Source: a virus
Taxonomy: Duplodnaviria; Caudoviricetes
DNA length: 64,000 nucleotides
Virus record (IMG/VR): IMGVR_UViG_2765236019_000001
Span: 1-64,000 of that record
Reading direction: 5' to 3' (one strand)
Below the pieces are notes generated by a model, which saw nothing but the letters and a program-made list of their open reading frames with translations, was not told the origin of the DNA and did no database searches. Shown piece after piece: positions 44,314-54,111 of the stretch; within the stretch, counting starts at the first letter, position 1; each line of letters starts with the position of its first letter. The translations under genes were made by a program, and so were the position numbers.

Positions 44314-47300
44314 TAGACGCCCATCCCGATCTCCCTGATGCGCTTGTCGGCGGCAATCGCATCGACGATTTGTCTTCCCGCCTGCATGGCCGTACTGCTG
44401 CTCATCGCACCCTGCACGGTGATGCTGATCGACCCGGGCCCGAACTGCACTGTCACTCCCCCACCTGAGTTGGATGCCCGCTTCGGGCCTTCAAGCGCCG
44501 CGGCCGTGGTGGACCGCACGGGAATGGACTGCTGCATCAGCGCGTTGCGGATTGTCTGTGCGGTGCCTTTCGGCAGGATCATCTCGCCCTTGTGCACCTG
44601 GGCGATCTCGTCCTCCGGCAGATCCCACGCGCCCACGGCGTACCCCTTGGGCGGCCGGTCCGGGTCGGCCTGCTGGACCTTGCCGATGCTGCCGTAGCGC
44701 GCCTTGATCCAACCGATGGCGGCAGCAGTCGACGCTGCGGGGTCCGTACGGTCATTCGGCAATGACTTGGCGCGGTACGCCGCGAACGTCGACCCGATGA
44801 CCTGGAACAGCCCCACCGAGGGGTCGCCATGCTGGGCATTGGCATCCCAGTCGTTGCGGGCATCCTTCCGGTAGCCCGACTCCCGGTAGGCGATGGTTGT
44901 CAAACCCCGTGCCCAGGCCGCCCCGGAGACCCCCTTGGCGGCCATGCCACGCTGAATCGCAGCCCTGACCCAGCCCGGCGGCGGTGGGACCTTCGTGTAC
45001 CGCCCGTTGATGGCCCCCCAGGAGTACCCTCCGGAATCCGCAGCGGCACCGGCATCTTCACTTCCGGACCCGCCTTTCTTGGACGCCCCGGAGCCGGATG
45101 GGCCGCGACCACCGGAAAACAGGGACGCGGCCAGCGCCTCGATTTCGCTGACGCTTCCATAGGCGTTCGTGATAGCCCCGGTCGTGCTGGCTCCGGTGGC
45201 CGCCGGATTGTCGTTCCCCGCGCCTGCTTCAGCAGACGTCGATCCCGGCTCGTCGGAGGCAAAGGTGTCCCCGGCACCGGAGACGACCCGGCGGACCGCT
45301 ATGTACCGCCCGAAACGGTCCTCGGAGTCAACGCGGATTTTCTGCCCCGTGCGCGGCGCATGCACGATTTTCCCGTTGCCGAGATACATCACCACATGTC
45401 CCGAATTCGGGAACATCAGGTCGCCAGGCTTGCGGTCCTCAAACGCGACGCCCTTACCCGCCTTCAGCTGCTCGTACGTTGTACGCCCCAGCCGGACACC
45501 GACCTTACTGAAGGCATACTGCATCAGCGAACTACAGTCGAATCCAACCGTTTTCGCACCCTGAGCAAATCCCCGAGACGGTCCCTCCGGCCCCCCGCCG
45601 CCCCACGAATAATCGACACCGATCTGGGACAGCGCCGCCTTGATTGCGGGATTTGCGCTGCCCTGATGCAGATTCGCCCGGGTCTTCGCGCCGCCCCCGG
45701 AGCCCCCCGATGCTCCCCCGCCAGTGGAACCACCACCAGATGCACCGCCGCCGATGAGACCGCCGATGCCACCAATAACGCCACCGGCCACCGCCCCTAC
45801 TCCGGTACCGAGCCCGGGTATGACGCTTCCGGCCGCGGCACCAGTAAGAACGCCTAGCCCGGCGCCCTTCAGAGCCCCCGTCAGGCGCCCGCCACTGCCC
45901 GCGTCCACACCCTGGTATCCGCCCACGGTCTGCTTGACGCCAGGCAGCTCCAGAATGGCGTTCAACGCCTCTTTGAAATCAATGACGGCATCGGTGGCCG
46001 ACTGCATAGCCGGACCGAACGCGTCCATCATCTGCGAGTCGTGACGCCGCTCCTCCCCCTCCTTCCGCTTCTTCTGATTGAGGAGATTGTCGACGTCCAG
46101 GCCGCCCTTTTGCAGCTTCCGGCGAGCGTCCTCCGCTTTGTCTCCCGTACCGCCCGCATCGCGCAGCAGCTGCTCGTAATCGGCCACCGACCCGCCAGTC
46201 TGCTCCCGCCAACGCGCTTGGGACTGAATCTGGGTGAGACGATTCTCCACCCACTCCTGCCCCAACCCGAGTTGCCGTGCCTGCGCCTCCAGCGTGGTGC
46301 GCAGCGACCCGCCCTGCTCGGACGCCGCCAGGACGTTCTTCAACCGGTAGCCGCGCTGGAACACCCTGTCCAAGATGTTCTGATTGAGCTGGCCCTGCGA
46401 TAGCCGCTTGCCTCCCGCTCCGATGGTCGGGCCGAGCCCCATCACCTGGTAGAGCATGGACGCCTGCGGCGTGTACATCGCCGTCATCATCCGCGCGGAA
46501 TCCGCCACACCCATCGTCGGGTCCAGCAGCGCATACCCCGACGCCTGCTGATGCAGCAGACGCCGCTCCACCTCGCTGCGCCCCATGCCAAGACGCCGGT
46601 CGACCTCGAACAAGCCGCTGTTGAGGTCTTCTGTTGACAGCGCGGTCGACGACTGCATCGCCGCATTGCGGAGTCGGTTCTTCTCCGACCAGTAGCCGGA
46701 CTTCGGGTCGCCCCACGTGCTGTACGCGAACGCGGCGTAGCGATCCATCTCGTACGCCTGGTCCGTCATGTGGTCGACGCGCGACCGTATCTTCCCCGCG
46801 CCCCAGGACACCGCGCGCCCGGCGAGTTGCCCCAGTCCAAATGCCAGGCGCGGTGTGTCGATGGCCCTTCCAGCGCCGTCGGGCTGTCCGGCGCCCGCGG
46901 TCGGCGGATACGTCGGGCGAGGCGGAATGGCGCCTGCGCCACCGAGCCGGGCCGTCACCCGGGCACGCGCACTGGCGTCCGCCCGCTCCCGGTCCTGCCG
47001 CGCCCGTTCCTGGGCCTGGCGCATCGCCTGCTGCTGAGCCTCAGCGGCGGCGGCCCGCCGGGCGTTGGACTCCAGGCGGTCACGGTGCGCCTGGTCCCGC
47101 TGGCGACGACGTTCCTCCTCCTGCTGACGGCGCAGGTCAGCCGCCCGGAGAGTCGCCTCATTCTGCTGGGCCCGGCGAGCCTCCATACGCTGCCGCATGA
47201 TGGCTGCCGCCTGCTGGGTCGCTGTGGCCCCAGAGCCGGGCAGAGAGCTGGTCTGTGCAGTTCCGGCCGGGCTCGGCTGATTCGCGGAGGGAAATCCCCC

Positions 47301-47474
47301 CCAGCCCATGCCGGACCCCACTCCGGTCGGCGTCATCCCGCTGAGCGCGCGATTCAGGCGGCCGATGTTGGTTCCCAGTGTTTTGATCTGGCGCTCCAGA
47401 TCATCGACCTCGTGCTCCAGCCGGTTCACGCCGAGCAAGCGCCCAGCGATATTGGGCTCTCTACTGGACGCCAT
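44313..47474 (-). CDS. Tape measure protein with NlpC/P60 peptidase and SLT transglycosylase domains
   Basis: YSWGG...FDCSSL...GHV.MY...HAP, and RESG...GLFQ...TF. Confidence 0.88.
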   Translation of the reverse strand: MASSREPNIAGRLLGVNRLEHEVDDLERQIKTLGTNIGRLNRALSGMTPTGVGSGMGWGGFPSANQPSPAGTAQTSSLPGSGATATQQAAAIMRQRMEARRAQQNEATLRAADLRRQQEEERRRQRDQAHRDRLESNARRAAAAEAQQQAMRQAQERARQDRERADASARARVTARLGGAGAIPPRPTYPPTAGAGQPDGAGRAIDTPRLAFGLGQLAGRAVSWGAGKIRSRVDHMTDQAYEMDRYAAFAYSTWGDPKSGYWSEKNRLRNAAMQSSTALSTEDLNSGLFEVDRRLGMGRSEVERRLLHQQASGYALLDPTMGVADSARMMTAMYTPQASMLYQVMGLGPTIGAGGKRLSQGQLNQNILDRVFQRGYRLKNVLAASEQGGSLRTTLEAQARQLGLGQEWVENRLTQIQSQARWREQTGGSVADYEQLLRDAGGTGDKAEDARRKLQKGGLDVDNLLNQKKRKEGEERRHDSQMMDAFGPAMQSATDAVIDFKEALNAILELPGVKQTVGGYQGVDAGSGGRLTGALKGAGLGVLTGAAAGSVIPGLGTGVGAVAGGVIGGIGGLIGGGASGGGSTGGGASGGSGGGAKTRANLHQGSANPAIKAALSQIGVDYSWGGGGPEGPSRGFAQGAKTVGFDCSSLMQYAFSKVGVRLGRTTYEQLKAGKGVAFEDRKPGDLMFPNSGHVVMYLGNGKIVHAPRTGQKIRVDSEDRFGRYIAVRRVVSGAGDTFASDEPGSTSAEAGAGNDNPAATGASTTGAITNAYGSVSEIEALAASLFSGGRGPSGSGASKKGGSGSEDAGAAADSGGYSWGAINGRYTKVPPPPGWVRAAIQRGMAAKGVSGAAWARGLTTIAYRESGYRKDARNDWDANAQHGDPSVGLFQVIGSTFAAYRAKSLPNDRTDPAASTAAAIGWIKARYGSIGKVQQADPDRPPKGYAVGAWDLPEDEIAQVHKGEMILPKGTAQTIRNALMQQSIPVRSTTAAALEGPKRASNSGGGVTVQFGPGSISITVQGAMSSSTAMQAGRQIVDAIAADKRIREIGMGV

Positions 47475-47637
47475 GCAGTGCCTCCTTCCGCTCCTTGTGC
47501 CACAGCGCGAGGTCTCGCCAGTAATGACGCTCGCGGACCGTCAGAGCCTTGATCTCGCTCGGTGGCCAGCGATAGGCGAAAACCAGCGATTCGATGTCGA
47601 GAAGTGTGGCCTCGATGTCACAGGTCCAGAAACGCAT
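47461..47637 (-). CDS. Tail assembly chaperone C-terminal segment
   Basis: YRWPPSEIKALTVRERHYW motif, overlapping the upstream stop in the +1 frame. Confidence 0.7.
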   Translation of the reverse strand: MRFWTCDIEATLLDIESLVFAYRWPPSEIKALTVRERHYWRDLALWHKERKEALHGVQ

Positions 47638-48463
47638 CCGCCACCGAAATCGGCAGCGGAATCTCCTCTCCGCAACTTTCATGGGTGACGGACACGTCGG
47701 TGAGCTGCGGGCCGGGAGCGTGGTCGGCCAGATACATCAACAGGGTGCGCCGGTCGGCGATACCCAGGCTCTGGGCGAAGGCCGCGCCGTCCTCCACGGG
47801 TGTCTCCCCCACAGCGGTCACACACCGCTCCAGCAAACGGGAGTTGACCCGTGCCGGGGTTGCGTCCCTCTCCGTCAGGACGAACCTCTGATCTGCTCCC
47901 GTGGGAAAACGCACCCGGGCGATCCTGCCATCGCGCAACGTCACCGTGGGCTCGCCCCCGGGCAAGGCACGCTGCTCGACCGTGGACAGATCGATGGTCA
48001 CGTCGATGAGCGAGGTGCAGCTCGGGCACTTCACTCCCTGGATCTCCAGCGGGCTACCGAACGTTGCGACGCGGATCGCCAGAAGCAGGCTGTCGCGGTC
48101 ACCGACGAGCATGTCCTGGAGCTGCTCGTCGGTAGGAATCTTCGACCCCAGAGCGGCGACACCACGGCGCAGGATGGTGTCGAAGAACTCCAGTGAGTTG
48201 CGGTCCACAGCCGCAAGAGCTTCTTCGTCGGCCCCGGTCAGCTCGCGTACGCGTGCCTCGCGCACCAGCTGGCCGTCAATAGTGATCCCGACAGGGAGCA
48301 GGGCCTGCGTGGGATTGGGGCGCGGCGGGCTCGGGGCGGGCCCGCTGCTCTCGGCCAGGACCTGCTGGATCGCACGGTTGGCGGCAGCGGCGTCGGTTAC
48401 GGGGTTGATTGCGGGGGCAGCGGACTGGTCGAAGGTCCAGTCGTAAGTGAGGGGCTCGGTCAC
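47618..48463 (-). CDS. Tail assembly chaperone / T4 gp26-like baseplate protein
   Basis: VRELTGADEE, GDRDSLLLAIRVATFG, CPSC and RFPTG. Confidence 0.8.
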   Translation of the reverse strand: MTEPLTYDWTFDQSAAPAINPVTDAAAANRAIQQVLAESSGPAPSPPRPNPTQALLPVGITIDGQLVREARVRELTGADEEALAAVDRNSLEFFDTILRRGVAALGSKIPTDEQLQDMLVGDRDSLLLAIRVATFGSPLEIQGVKCPSCTSLIDVTIDLSTVEQRALPGGEPTVTLRDGRIARVRFPTGADQRFVLTERDATPARVNSRLLERCVTAVGETPVEDGAAFAQSLGIADRRTLLMYLADHAPGPQLTDVSVTHESCGEEIPLPISVADAFLDL

Positions 48464-48477
48464 TGGATTCCTAATTC

Positions 48478-49056
48478 CTAGAGGGTGGCACTCGACTTGG
48501 CATTCGGGGCGACCTTGAAATCGAACCCCTCGTGCGCGAGTGTCATCTGATGCACGGCGTACATATTCTGGCCCGCATCGAGGTCACCGAACGCCACGCT
48601 CGTCGGCCACGCGTTGTACACCCGCCACACGGCCTGAACTTTTGCGGGCGACTTGGTCACCGGGTGCTCTATCAGCATGATGTCAACAGTGGCACGGAAA
48701 TCGGTGCTGGTGTCGTAGGTCTTCCCCACGCCTTGCATGACGTTGAACAGCTGGCCCATCCAGTCCAGGAGCTGCTGATCTCCCGGGCACAACCCCTTGG
48801 AGAGCGTGATGGGGCTGAAATCGCTCTGCCCGGGGAGCTTCTGGGTGGACACGTTCATTCCACCGGTGCGGTAAGCGATCACGTCAGTGGTCGAGCTGAG
48901 ACCGGACACCGCCATGAAGCCAAGCTTCGGGTAGGCCCCCTGTAGCCCCTGCGGTCCCGATATCTGGACGTGGAATTTGAAGGACCGCAACGGGTCCGTG
49001 GATATGGAGGCGAGGCTGGACCTCTGCTCCACTGTCGCCCGGGTCTTACCCGCCAT
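48478..49056 (-). CDS. Tail tube protein (T4 gp19-like)
   Basis: DPLRSFKF, YRTGG, KLPG, ITLSKG, NAWP and LAHEG. Confidence 0.93.
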   Translation of the reverse strand: MAGKTRATVEQRSSLASISTDPLRSFKFHVQISGPQGLQGAYPKLGFMAVSGLSSTTDVIAYRTGGMNVSTQKLPGQSDFSPITLSKGLCPGDQQLLDWMGQLFNVMQGVGKTYDTSTDFRATVDIMLIEHPVTKSPAKVQAVWRVYNAWPTSVAFGDLDAGQNMYAVHQMTLAHEGFDFKVAPNAKSSATL

Positions 49057-49067
49057 AGCCCACTCCT

Positions 49068-50633
49068 TTACTGAAACGCCTCGGACGAGGTACTTCCGCC
49101 CTCGAACTGACCGATGTGGATCGCGATGAATTCCGCTGGGCGCAGCAGCGCCAGTCCGATGTCAATGTGGACCTCGCCGTTGGCGACTGTCTGCTCGGTG
49201 TTATTTGTCTCGTTGCACACGACTCTGAAGGCAGTTTCAGGGCTGCCGCCCTTGAGCTGGCCTGCCTGGGTCATTTCGGTCAGCCGCTGCGTGATGATTG
49301 TGGTCAGCGACGCCCAGAGATCCGGAGTGTTGGGCTGAAAAACAGCGTAACCAGTCGACTCAACGAGCAGTTTCCTCACATGGATAAGGAAACGCCTCAC
49401 AGCTATGTACCGGTCTGGATACCCCGCCTTTATCGTGCGCCCGCCCATTGGGCAATAGCCCGCGCTCGGTACGTAGCGAATGATGTTGATGCCCGCCACA
49501 TTCAGCTCATCGAGCTGTGCATCGGTGAAACGGAACTGGGCGCTGAAGACCCCGCGGAGCACGGCCTCCTCGCCCGCAGGAGTTCGGTGCGGCCCATGGG
49601 CGATGTCGAACCGCGCGAACTGGCCCATCAGCGCGCCCCCGGGGGGAAGCAGGCGCGTCGCACCCACAGCTGCTACTGCGGGATCTGCTGTCTGAATCCA
49701 CGGTCCGTAGACAGCCGCATAGGAGGAGGCGCGCAGCGGTGCCGGAGTAGTTCCGCCATTGACCAGTGGGCTCAGTTCTCGCATCTTGGCCAGCGCCACC
49801 TCGGTCGGCGTGCCGTCAGGGACCTGCGGGGTGTCGACGATGAGGAAGGCGTACGCGTAGCGCTCGCACCAGTCGATGACCGGGTTGAGGACGGCGGCGT
49901 CGGATACCCCGGGGAGATTGATGTTGAGAGCCGCGTTGGTGGATTCGAGTGACTGCGCGGCAGCCGAAAGGTCCGGTGCGGCAGAGCCGTTCGAGCCGCC
50001 CGCGAGCGGCTTGTCGACTGTGACGGCGGGCGTGTTGTCGGTCGTCCACGCAAGGGGCCCGAGGTAGGCCAGAGAGATGAATCTGGATCCGCTGTCGGGT
50101 GCGTTGACGAGCGCGATAGCGTTTCGGGTGTCGGTGGGGTCCAGACTGACGTCGGTGTAGCGCTCAACGAGGCCGCCAGCGGTATCTCCAGCCGTCTTCA
50201 CCGTCAGGGTGAAACGGCCAGGAGCCGTACCCGCATCGGTCACGCTGACCGTCAGTCCGTTGGCGAAAGCGCCCGGCGCGGTCGCGGTCACGCGCAGCAC
50301 GTCCTTGGGGCTGGAGTTCTCACCCCCGGACTGGCGGTCCTTCAGCACCAGTGACGCCGTTTTCGCATCTGCTGAGACTGCCCTCACGACATAGCAGGCT
50401 CTTCCCCCGTTGACGAAAAACTGGTGCACGGCGAACGGAAGCATGGAGTCGGCGCTGAACCCGCCGTACAGTGACACGAATTCCGCCCAGCTCCGAATCA
50501 GCGTCGGCTTGGACGGTCCGAAATCATGGGCTCCCACAAAAGCTGCAATGAATTCCCCCGCCGGGGGTTCATTCACCACGATTGGATTCAGTGTCTCATC
50601 GACGAAGATTCCTGGACGCTTGTACGTGGCCAT
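49068..50633 (-). CDS. Contractile tail sheath protein
   Basis: YKRPGIFVDE, FFVNGG, YIAVRR and PAEFI. Confidence 0.95.
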   Translation of the reverse strand: MATYKRPGIFVDETLNPIVVNEPPAGEFIAAFVGAHDFGPSKPTLIRSWAEFVSLYGGFSADSMLPFAVHQFFVNGGRACYVVRAVSADAKTASLVLKDRQSGGENSSPKDVLRVTATAPGAFANGLTVSVTDAGTAPGRFTLTVKTAGDTAGGLVERYTDVSLDPTDTRNAIALVNAPDSGSRFISLAYLGPLAWTTDNTPAVTVDKPLAGGSNGSAAPDLSAAAQSLESTNAALNINLPGVSDAAVLNPVIDWCERYAYAFLIVDTPQVPDGTPTEVALAKMRELSPLVNGGTTPAPLRASSYAAVYGPWIQTADPAVAAVGATRLLPPGGALMGQFARFDIAHGPHRTPAGEEAVLRGVFSAQFRFTDAQLDELNVAGINIIRYVPSAGYCPMGGRTIKAGYPDRYIAVRRFLIHVRKLLVESTGYAVFQPNTPDLWASLTTIITQRLTEMTQAGQLKGGSPETAFRVVCNETNNTEQTVANGEVHIDIGLALLRPAEFIAIHIGQFEGGSTSSEAFQ

Positions 50634-50647
50634 GCGGCTCCTTAGCA

Positions 50648-51247
50648 CTACGGGACCTGCGCGTCGTGCAGATCGGTGATGACGGTCTTGACCGGCGTGG
50701 GAGTGGACACGGCCCCGAGGACCTCACTAGTGACGCTAACGAGGTAAGCGGCAGTAAGGAGGCGCTTTTGATGCTCGTCCCAGCCTATGTGAAATTCTGG
50801 CCCCTCTAGTTCGAGGCTACGTACAGTGCCGTCCTCGGGGACTTCCAGATAACCGAAGCGCACAGGAAGAAGGTCCACGGAGCTGAGTCGAGCGACCAGG
50901 TCCGTAAGATGCGCCTGCTTCCGGCACAGCACATTGACCTGGTATTCGATCCGGTATGGAATGGGATTGTCCGTGTAGTACGGAGAAGCCGCCCCATCAG
51001 CCATGCCGGGCCAAGGCGCGTAGCCCTCTGGCGCATAGCCGAGCTGCACAACACCCCGGGCTTCTCGACGCGGGTCGCGCACAGCGCGCGTGCGCTCCAG
51101 GACAATGAGAGGGAAAGTTTGATCGGCCAGCTCGCTTTCCGGATAGGAGAACCGCACCCCGACAGGGGTCTCCATGGAACCGTCTTTCACACTGAGCCCC
51201 TGGAGCTTTCGCCGCAATGCGGCATCCTCGTTCAGCAGCCACGGCAT
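50648..51247 (-). CDS. Tail terminator/neck protein
   Basis: Lies before the sheath gene. ED.AL...LQG and FPLI. Confidence 0.7.
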   Translation of the reverse strand: MPWLLNEDAALRRKLQGLSVKDGSMETPVGVRFSYPESELADQTFPLIVLERTRAVRDPRREARGVVQLGYAPEGYAPWPGMADGAASPYYTDNPIPYRIEYQVNVLCRKQAHLTDLVARLSSVDLLPVRFGYLEVPEDGTVRSLELEGPEFHIGWDEHQKRLLTAAYLVSVTSEVLGAVSTPTPVKTVITDLHDAQVP

Positions 51248-51279
51248 CGATTTGACCTCTCAGAAACTCCGACAGGTCC

Positions 51280-51309
51280 AGATTCACATCAGATGTGCAT
51301 GCGGTGTTA
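51280..51309 (-). promoter_or_regulatory. TAACAC-N18-GAATCT promoter of the tail operon
   Basis: Motif match in a 63-bp gap. Confidence 0.55.
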
Positions 51310-51310
51310 G

Positions 51311-51850
51311 CTAGTCATTCTGGCGGACATGCCGCGAACCGAAACGCCGGTAATCGTCGAAAATGGAATCTGCCGTGATTTCATCAGGCATGATTTCGGT
51401 GAGCTTCAGCGAAACCACGAAATCGTGTCGCCTCAATCGGCCCAGAGCCTGGAGGTCGTCGATCCGGTGTAGACACCCGTCATAACCGATCCAGTCACTC
51501 AGATACCTGCGGGTGTCGATGTCTGGCTGACTGATGCCGACTCGGGCGAGCTGCCGCGCGGCGGCCGTCACGTACAGCGGAGCCACCTGGTACAGGCCCT
51601 GCGCGGTGCGCTCGACGGCGCCCTGGTCGCGAGAGACGTCCATCACTGGCACCGTGATCGGTGGATGGTAGGCCCGGCCTCCGGGAGCTGCGCCCTCGTC
51701 GTAGACGTCGTGAGCGTGGGACTGCGCTGGCGCGGCCCGGAACCACGAGACGCAGTCGCCCTTGCGGTGCTGCCAGGCACGCAGCCCGGCGTCGATCCGG
51801 GCCGCGTGGTATGCGGTGCTGAAGCGCCCGCTCTTCCAGTCGGCCCTCAT
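51311..51850 (-). CDS. Head closure/neck protein
   Basis: DVYDEG motif, ATGA overlap, position in the neck region. Confidence 0.65.
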   Translation of the reverse strand: MRADWKSGRFSTAYHAARIDAGLRAWQHRKGDCVSWFRAAPAQSHAHDVYDEGAAPGGRAYHPPITVPVMDVSRDQGAVERTAQGLYQVAPLYVTAAARQLARVGISQPDIDTRRYLSDWIGYDGCLHRIDDLQALGRLRRHDFVVSLKLTEIMPDEITADSIFDDYRRFGSRHVRQND

Positions 51851-52665
51851 CCGGTGAGCCCGCTGATGATGGGCGATGCGATGCCGGAGGGGTCTTCGTT
51901 GCGGCGGTCGATGGGCGGGAGCTGGCGCGTTGGGTAGGCAGAGTCGTCGTACTCGCGCGGCGTGAAGATGGGCACGAGACGGTTGTTGTACGGAGAGACG
52001 CGGCGCAGTGTCGCCATTTCGATGCGGTAGAGGCCCACGTTGAGCTGCTGACACAGGTCCCGGTATCGCGTCTCCAGATTCTCAATCTGCGCCATAACCT
52101 GGGTGTAGATCTGCCCGCGGGCGACGTGCGTGCCCTCTGCCGTGTGGATGTCGGGCTCCATGGAGGCGTCCGTCGCCACCGCCCACAGCACATTGACGGC
52201 CGCCAAGACGGCCAGCGGCAGCTCCTCGATCTCCGGCAGCGTCGCCAGGGTCACCGGTTCGTCCTCGTACCGGTAGAACCCCTCCGCCGACCGATACCGG
52301 ACCGTGACGACCCGGTCGGAGCAGTGCTGGAGGACCGCGTCCTGGAGGTGGATGACCAGCTCCTGGTCGTCGACCATGCCGCCGGATCGTCCCTCCACGA
52401 TCACCACGGCGCCCAGCGGCAGCGGTCCCAGACCCTCCCGGAAAATGACCCGCCCTTCCCGGGAGAGCAGGGTGTAGTCCGTACCAGCGGCCAGCTCACG
52501 GCTCTGACCGCCCTGGACAAGCAGAGCCTTGGTGATGGTGACGCGTGTCTGGGAGAGGTCGTATTCAGACAGCTCGCCCGTGCCGGTCAGCACATCGCGG
52601 AACTCGCTGCCGAAATCGCCGAGCAGCGAGCGGACCCGCGCAAGCATCTGTGCCTGATCAGCCAT
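51847..52665 (-). CDS. Head-tail adaptor
   Basis: RVRSLLGD, LPEIEE and LRRVS...RLVP...EYDD. Confidence 0.7.
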   Translation of the reverse strand: MADQAQMLARVRSLLGDFGSEFRDVLTGTGELSEYDLSQTRVTITKALLVQGGQSRELAAGTDYTLLSREGRVIFREGLGPLPLGAVVIVEGRSGGMVDDQELVIHLQDAVLQHCSDRVVTVRYRSAEGFYRYEDEPVTLATLPEIEELPLAVLAAVNVLWAVATDASMEPDIHTAEGTHVARGQIYTQVMAQIENLETRYRDLCQQLNVGLYRIEMATLRRVSPYNNRLVPIFTPREYDDSAYPTRQLPPIDRRNEDPSGIASPIISGLTG

Positions 52666-53267
52666 CAGCCCACCCCGCAGGACAGGGCCCCAGCCCTGAT
52701 GGACACCGACTCCCCCGCATGCACCTCGTGCGGGTCAGTCAGCTCGATGACACTGACGACCCTGCCGGACCCGTCTGACGCCGCCAGCGTGACAGCGACG
52801 TGCGTGACGCTGACCGCCGCACCGCTCGGCAGCAGCGGCCCGAAAACGATCTCTGCGGCGTTCGCCGCCGCGCTGATGCGACCCTGGTCGTCGACCCCTA
52901 TCTCCCCCAGCTCCAGCAACTGCGGGAGATAGCCCTCAGCGTCGATTTCGCTCTGCGCCAGCGTGGCCAGCGTGACCGTCCGCCCTGGATCGCTGGTCAG
53001 CAGATGCACGTGCCGAGCCACCTCCCGAGGCGGGACGGCGCCAACCTCGGCCTTCAGTGCGGCCAGACCCTCCGGTGTGGAGGCCGCCGCGAGCAGGTCC
53101 TCCAGAAAGCCGCGCGGCAGGCACCTCATCAAGGCGCCGCGCTCGGGAGTCACCGCCCAGGCCGTGTGAAGGCAGTCGCTCACCACCGCCGGGAGGTCCG
53201 GTGCGGCCACCATGGCACGCGTCAGCTCCACACTGGTCTGAACCGGGACGTATGTCGGCACCGTCAC
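52665..53267 (-). CDS. Virion structural protein (fibre-like C-terminus)
   Basis: Coupled. SVTHVAV...GESVSIRAGAL. Confidence 0.6.
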   Translation of the reverse strand: MTVPTYVPVQTSVELTRAMVAAPDLPAVVSDCLHTAWAVTPERGALMRCLPRGFLEDLLAAASTPEGLAALKAEVGAVPPREVARHVHLLTSDPGRTVTLATLAQSEIDAEGYLPQLLELGEIGVDDQGRISAAANAAEIVFGPLLPSGAAVSVTHVAVTLAASDGSGRVVSVIELTDPHEVHAGESVSIRAGALSCGVG

Positions 53268-53587
53268 TGCACCTCCTGGGCAATCTCGTCAGGACTGGGA
53301 AGTTCGACCGGCGGCGGATCAGGGTCCGGCTGCGGATCGGGCGGCGGCACGACAGGCGGCGGGGTGTACTCGGAGAAGTGCTTTTTGAAAAACGTCTGCG
53401 AGTACCGGATCAGTCGAGGGGGCGGTGATGTCCTGCCAGCAGGGAACGAGAAAATGACGCTGCCATTGGCGACGGAAATAACATCCACGACGCTGCCCGG
53501 CTCCAGCCGCCCATACCCAATACCAATGCCGTCAGAAGACGTCAGCTGATACGAACGGCCTGCCATAACCGACGTCAGGCCCCCCAC
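53264..53587 (-). CDS. Hypothetical protein with a Pro-rich tail
   Basis: Fills the operon. Start uncertain. Confidence 0.55.
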   Translation of the reverse strand: MGGLTSVMAGRSYQLTSSDGIGIGYGRLEPGSVVDVISVANGSVIFSFPAGRTSPPPRLIRYSQTFFKKHFSEYTPPPVVPPPDPQPDPDPPPVELPSPDEIAQEVQ

Positions 53588-53937
53588 ACGTAGCCCTTTT
53601 CTGCAAGATGGTTGTACACGAACGCAGGCACCTTGTAGGTACGACCGGCTTCAAAGGTGAACGTATTTCGGTAGCCGATCGTCACGTTCTCCAGATCCTC
53701 CACCACACGCATCTCGCGGGTGCTCTCACCGACAACGACCGGCAGCTGTTCAACATTGGCAGCAGGCGGGGCAGTCAGGTCCACGACCTGGGATCGGACC
53801 TCGTCAGCAACCTGCGCCTCGGCCAACTGCGCCTTGGCGGCTTCCTTCTCGGCCAGGTCGCGGTTCGTCTCCAGCGTTCGCTTGACCCGGCCGGTGGCAT
53901 CCCGAGGGCTCGTCACGCGCTTAGCAGTCGTCGCCAT
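53575..53937 (-). CDS. Head-associated protein
   Basis: FEAGRTYKVP...HL.EKGYVW, SD GAGGAG. Confidence 0.75.
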   Translation of the reverse strand: MATTAKRVTSPRDATGRVKRTLETNRDLAEKEAAKAQLAEAQVADEVRSQVVDLTAPPAANVEQLPVVVGESTREMRVVEDLENVTIGYRNTFTFEAGRTYKVPAFVYNHLAEKGYVWGA

Positions 53938-53955
53938 CTCTAGACTCCTCACATA

Positions 53956-54004
53956 GCAAAATCCCTGCGACGGAATCTTCGCAGGGATTTTGCCTGGGGA
54001 GTTA
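53956..54004 (-). promoter_or_regulatory. TAACTC-N18-GAAGAT promoter overlapping a 15-bp terminator-like hairpin
   Basis: Inverted repeat GCAAAATCCCTGCGA at 53956-53970 / 53979-53993. Confidence 0.55.
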
Positions 54005-54111
54005 TACGGGTCGGCCTGTTACTGGGTTCCCCGCCCCGCGAACAGGCGGCTTCGATATCGACTTCGCCACCCAAGCAGTGCTATGTCGCTGACCAGCGGA
54101 GGTGCCCCTGG

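Noticed and set aside
32796-51247. Extracellular contractile injection system or tailocin
   Set aside because: Capsid, scaffold, portal, replication and integrase genes show it is a phage tail.
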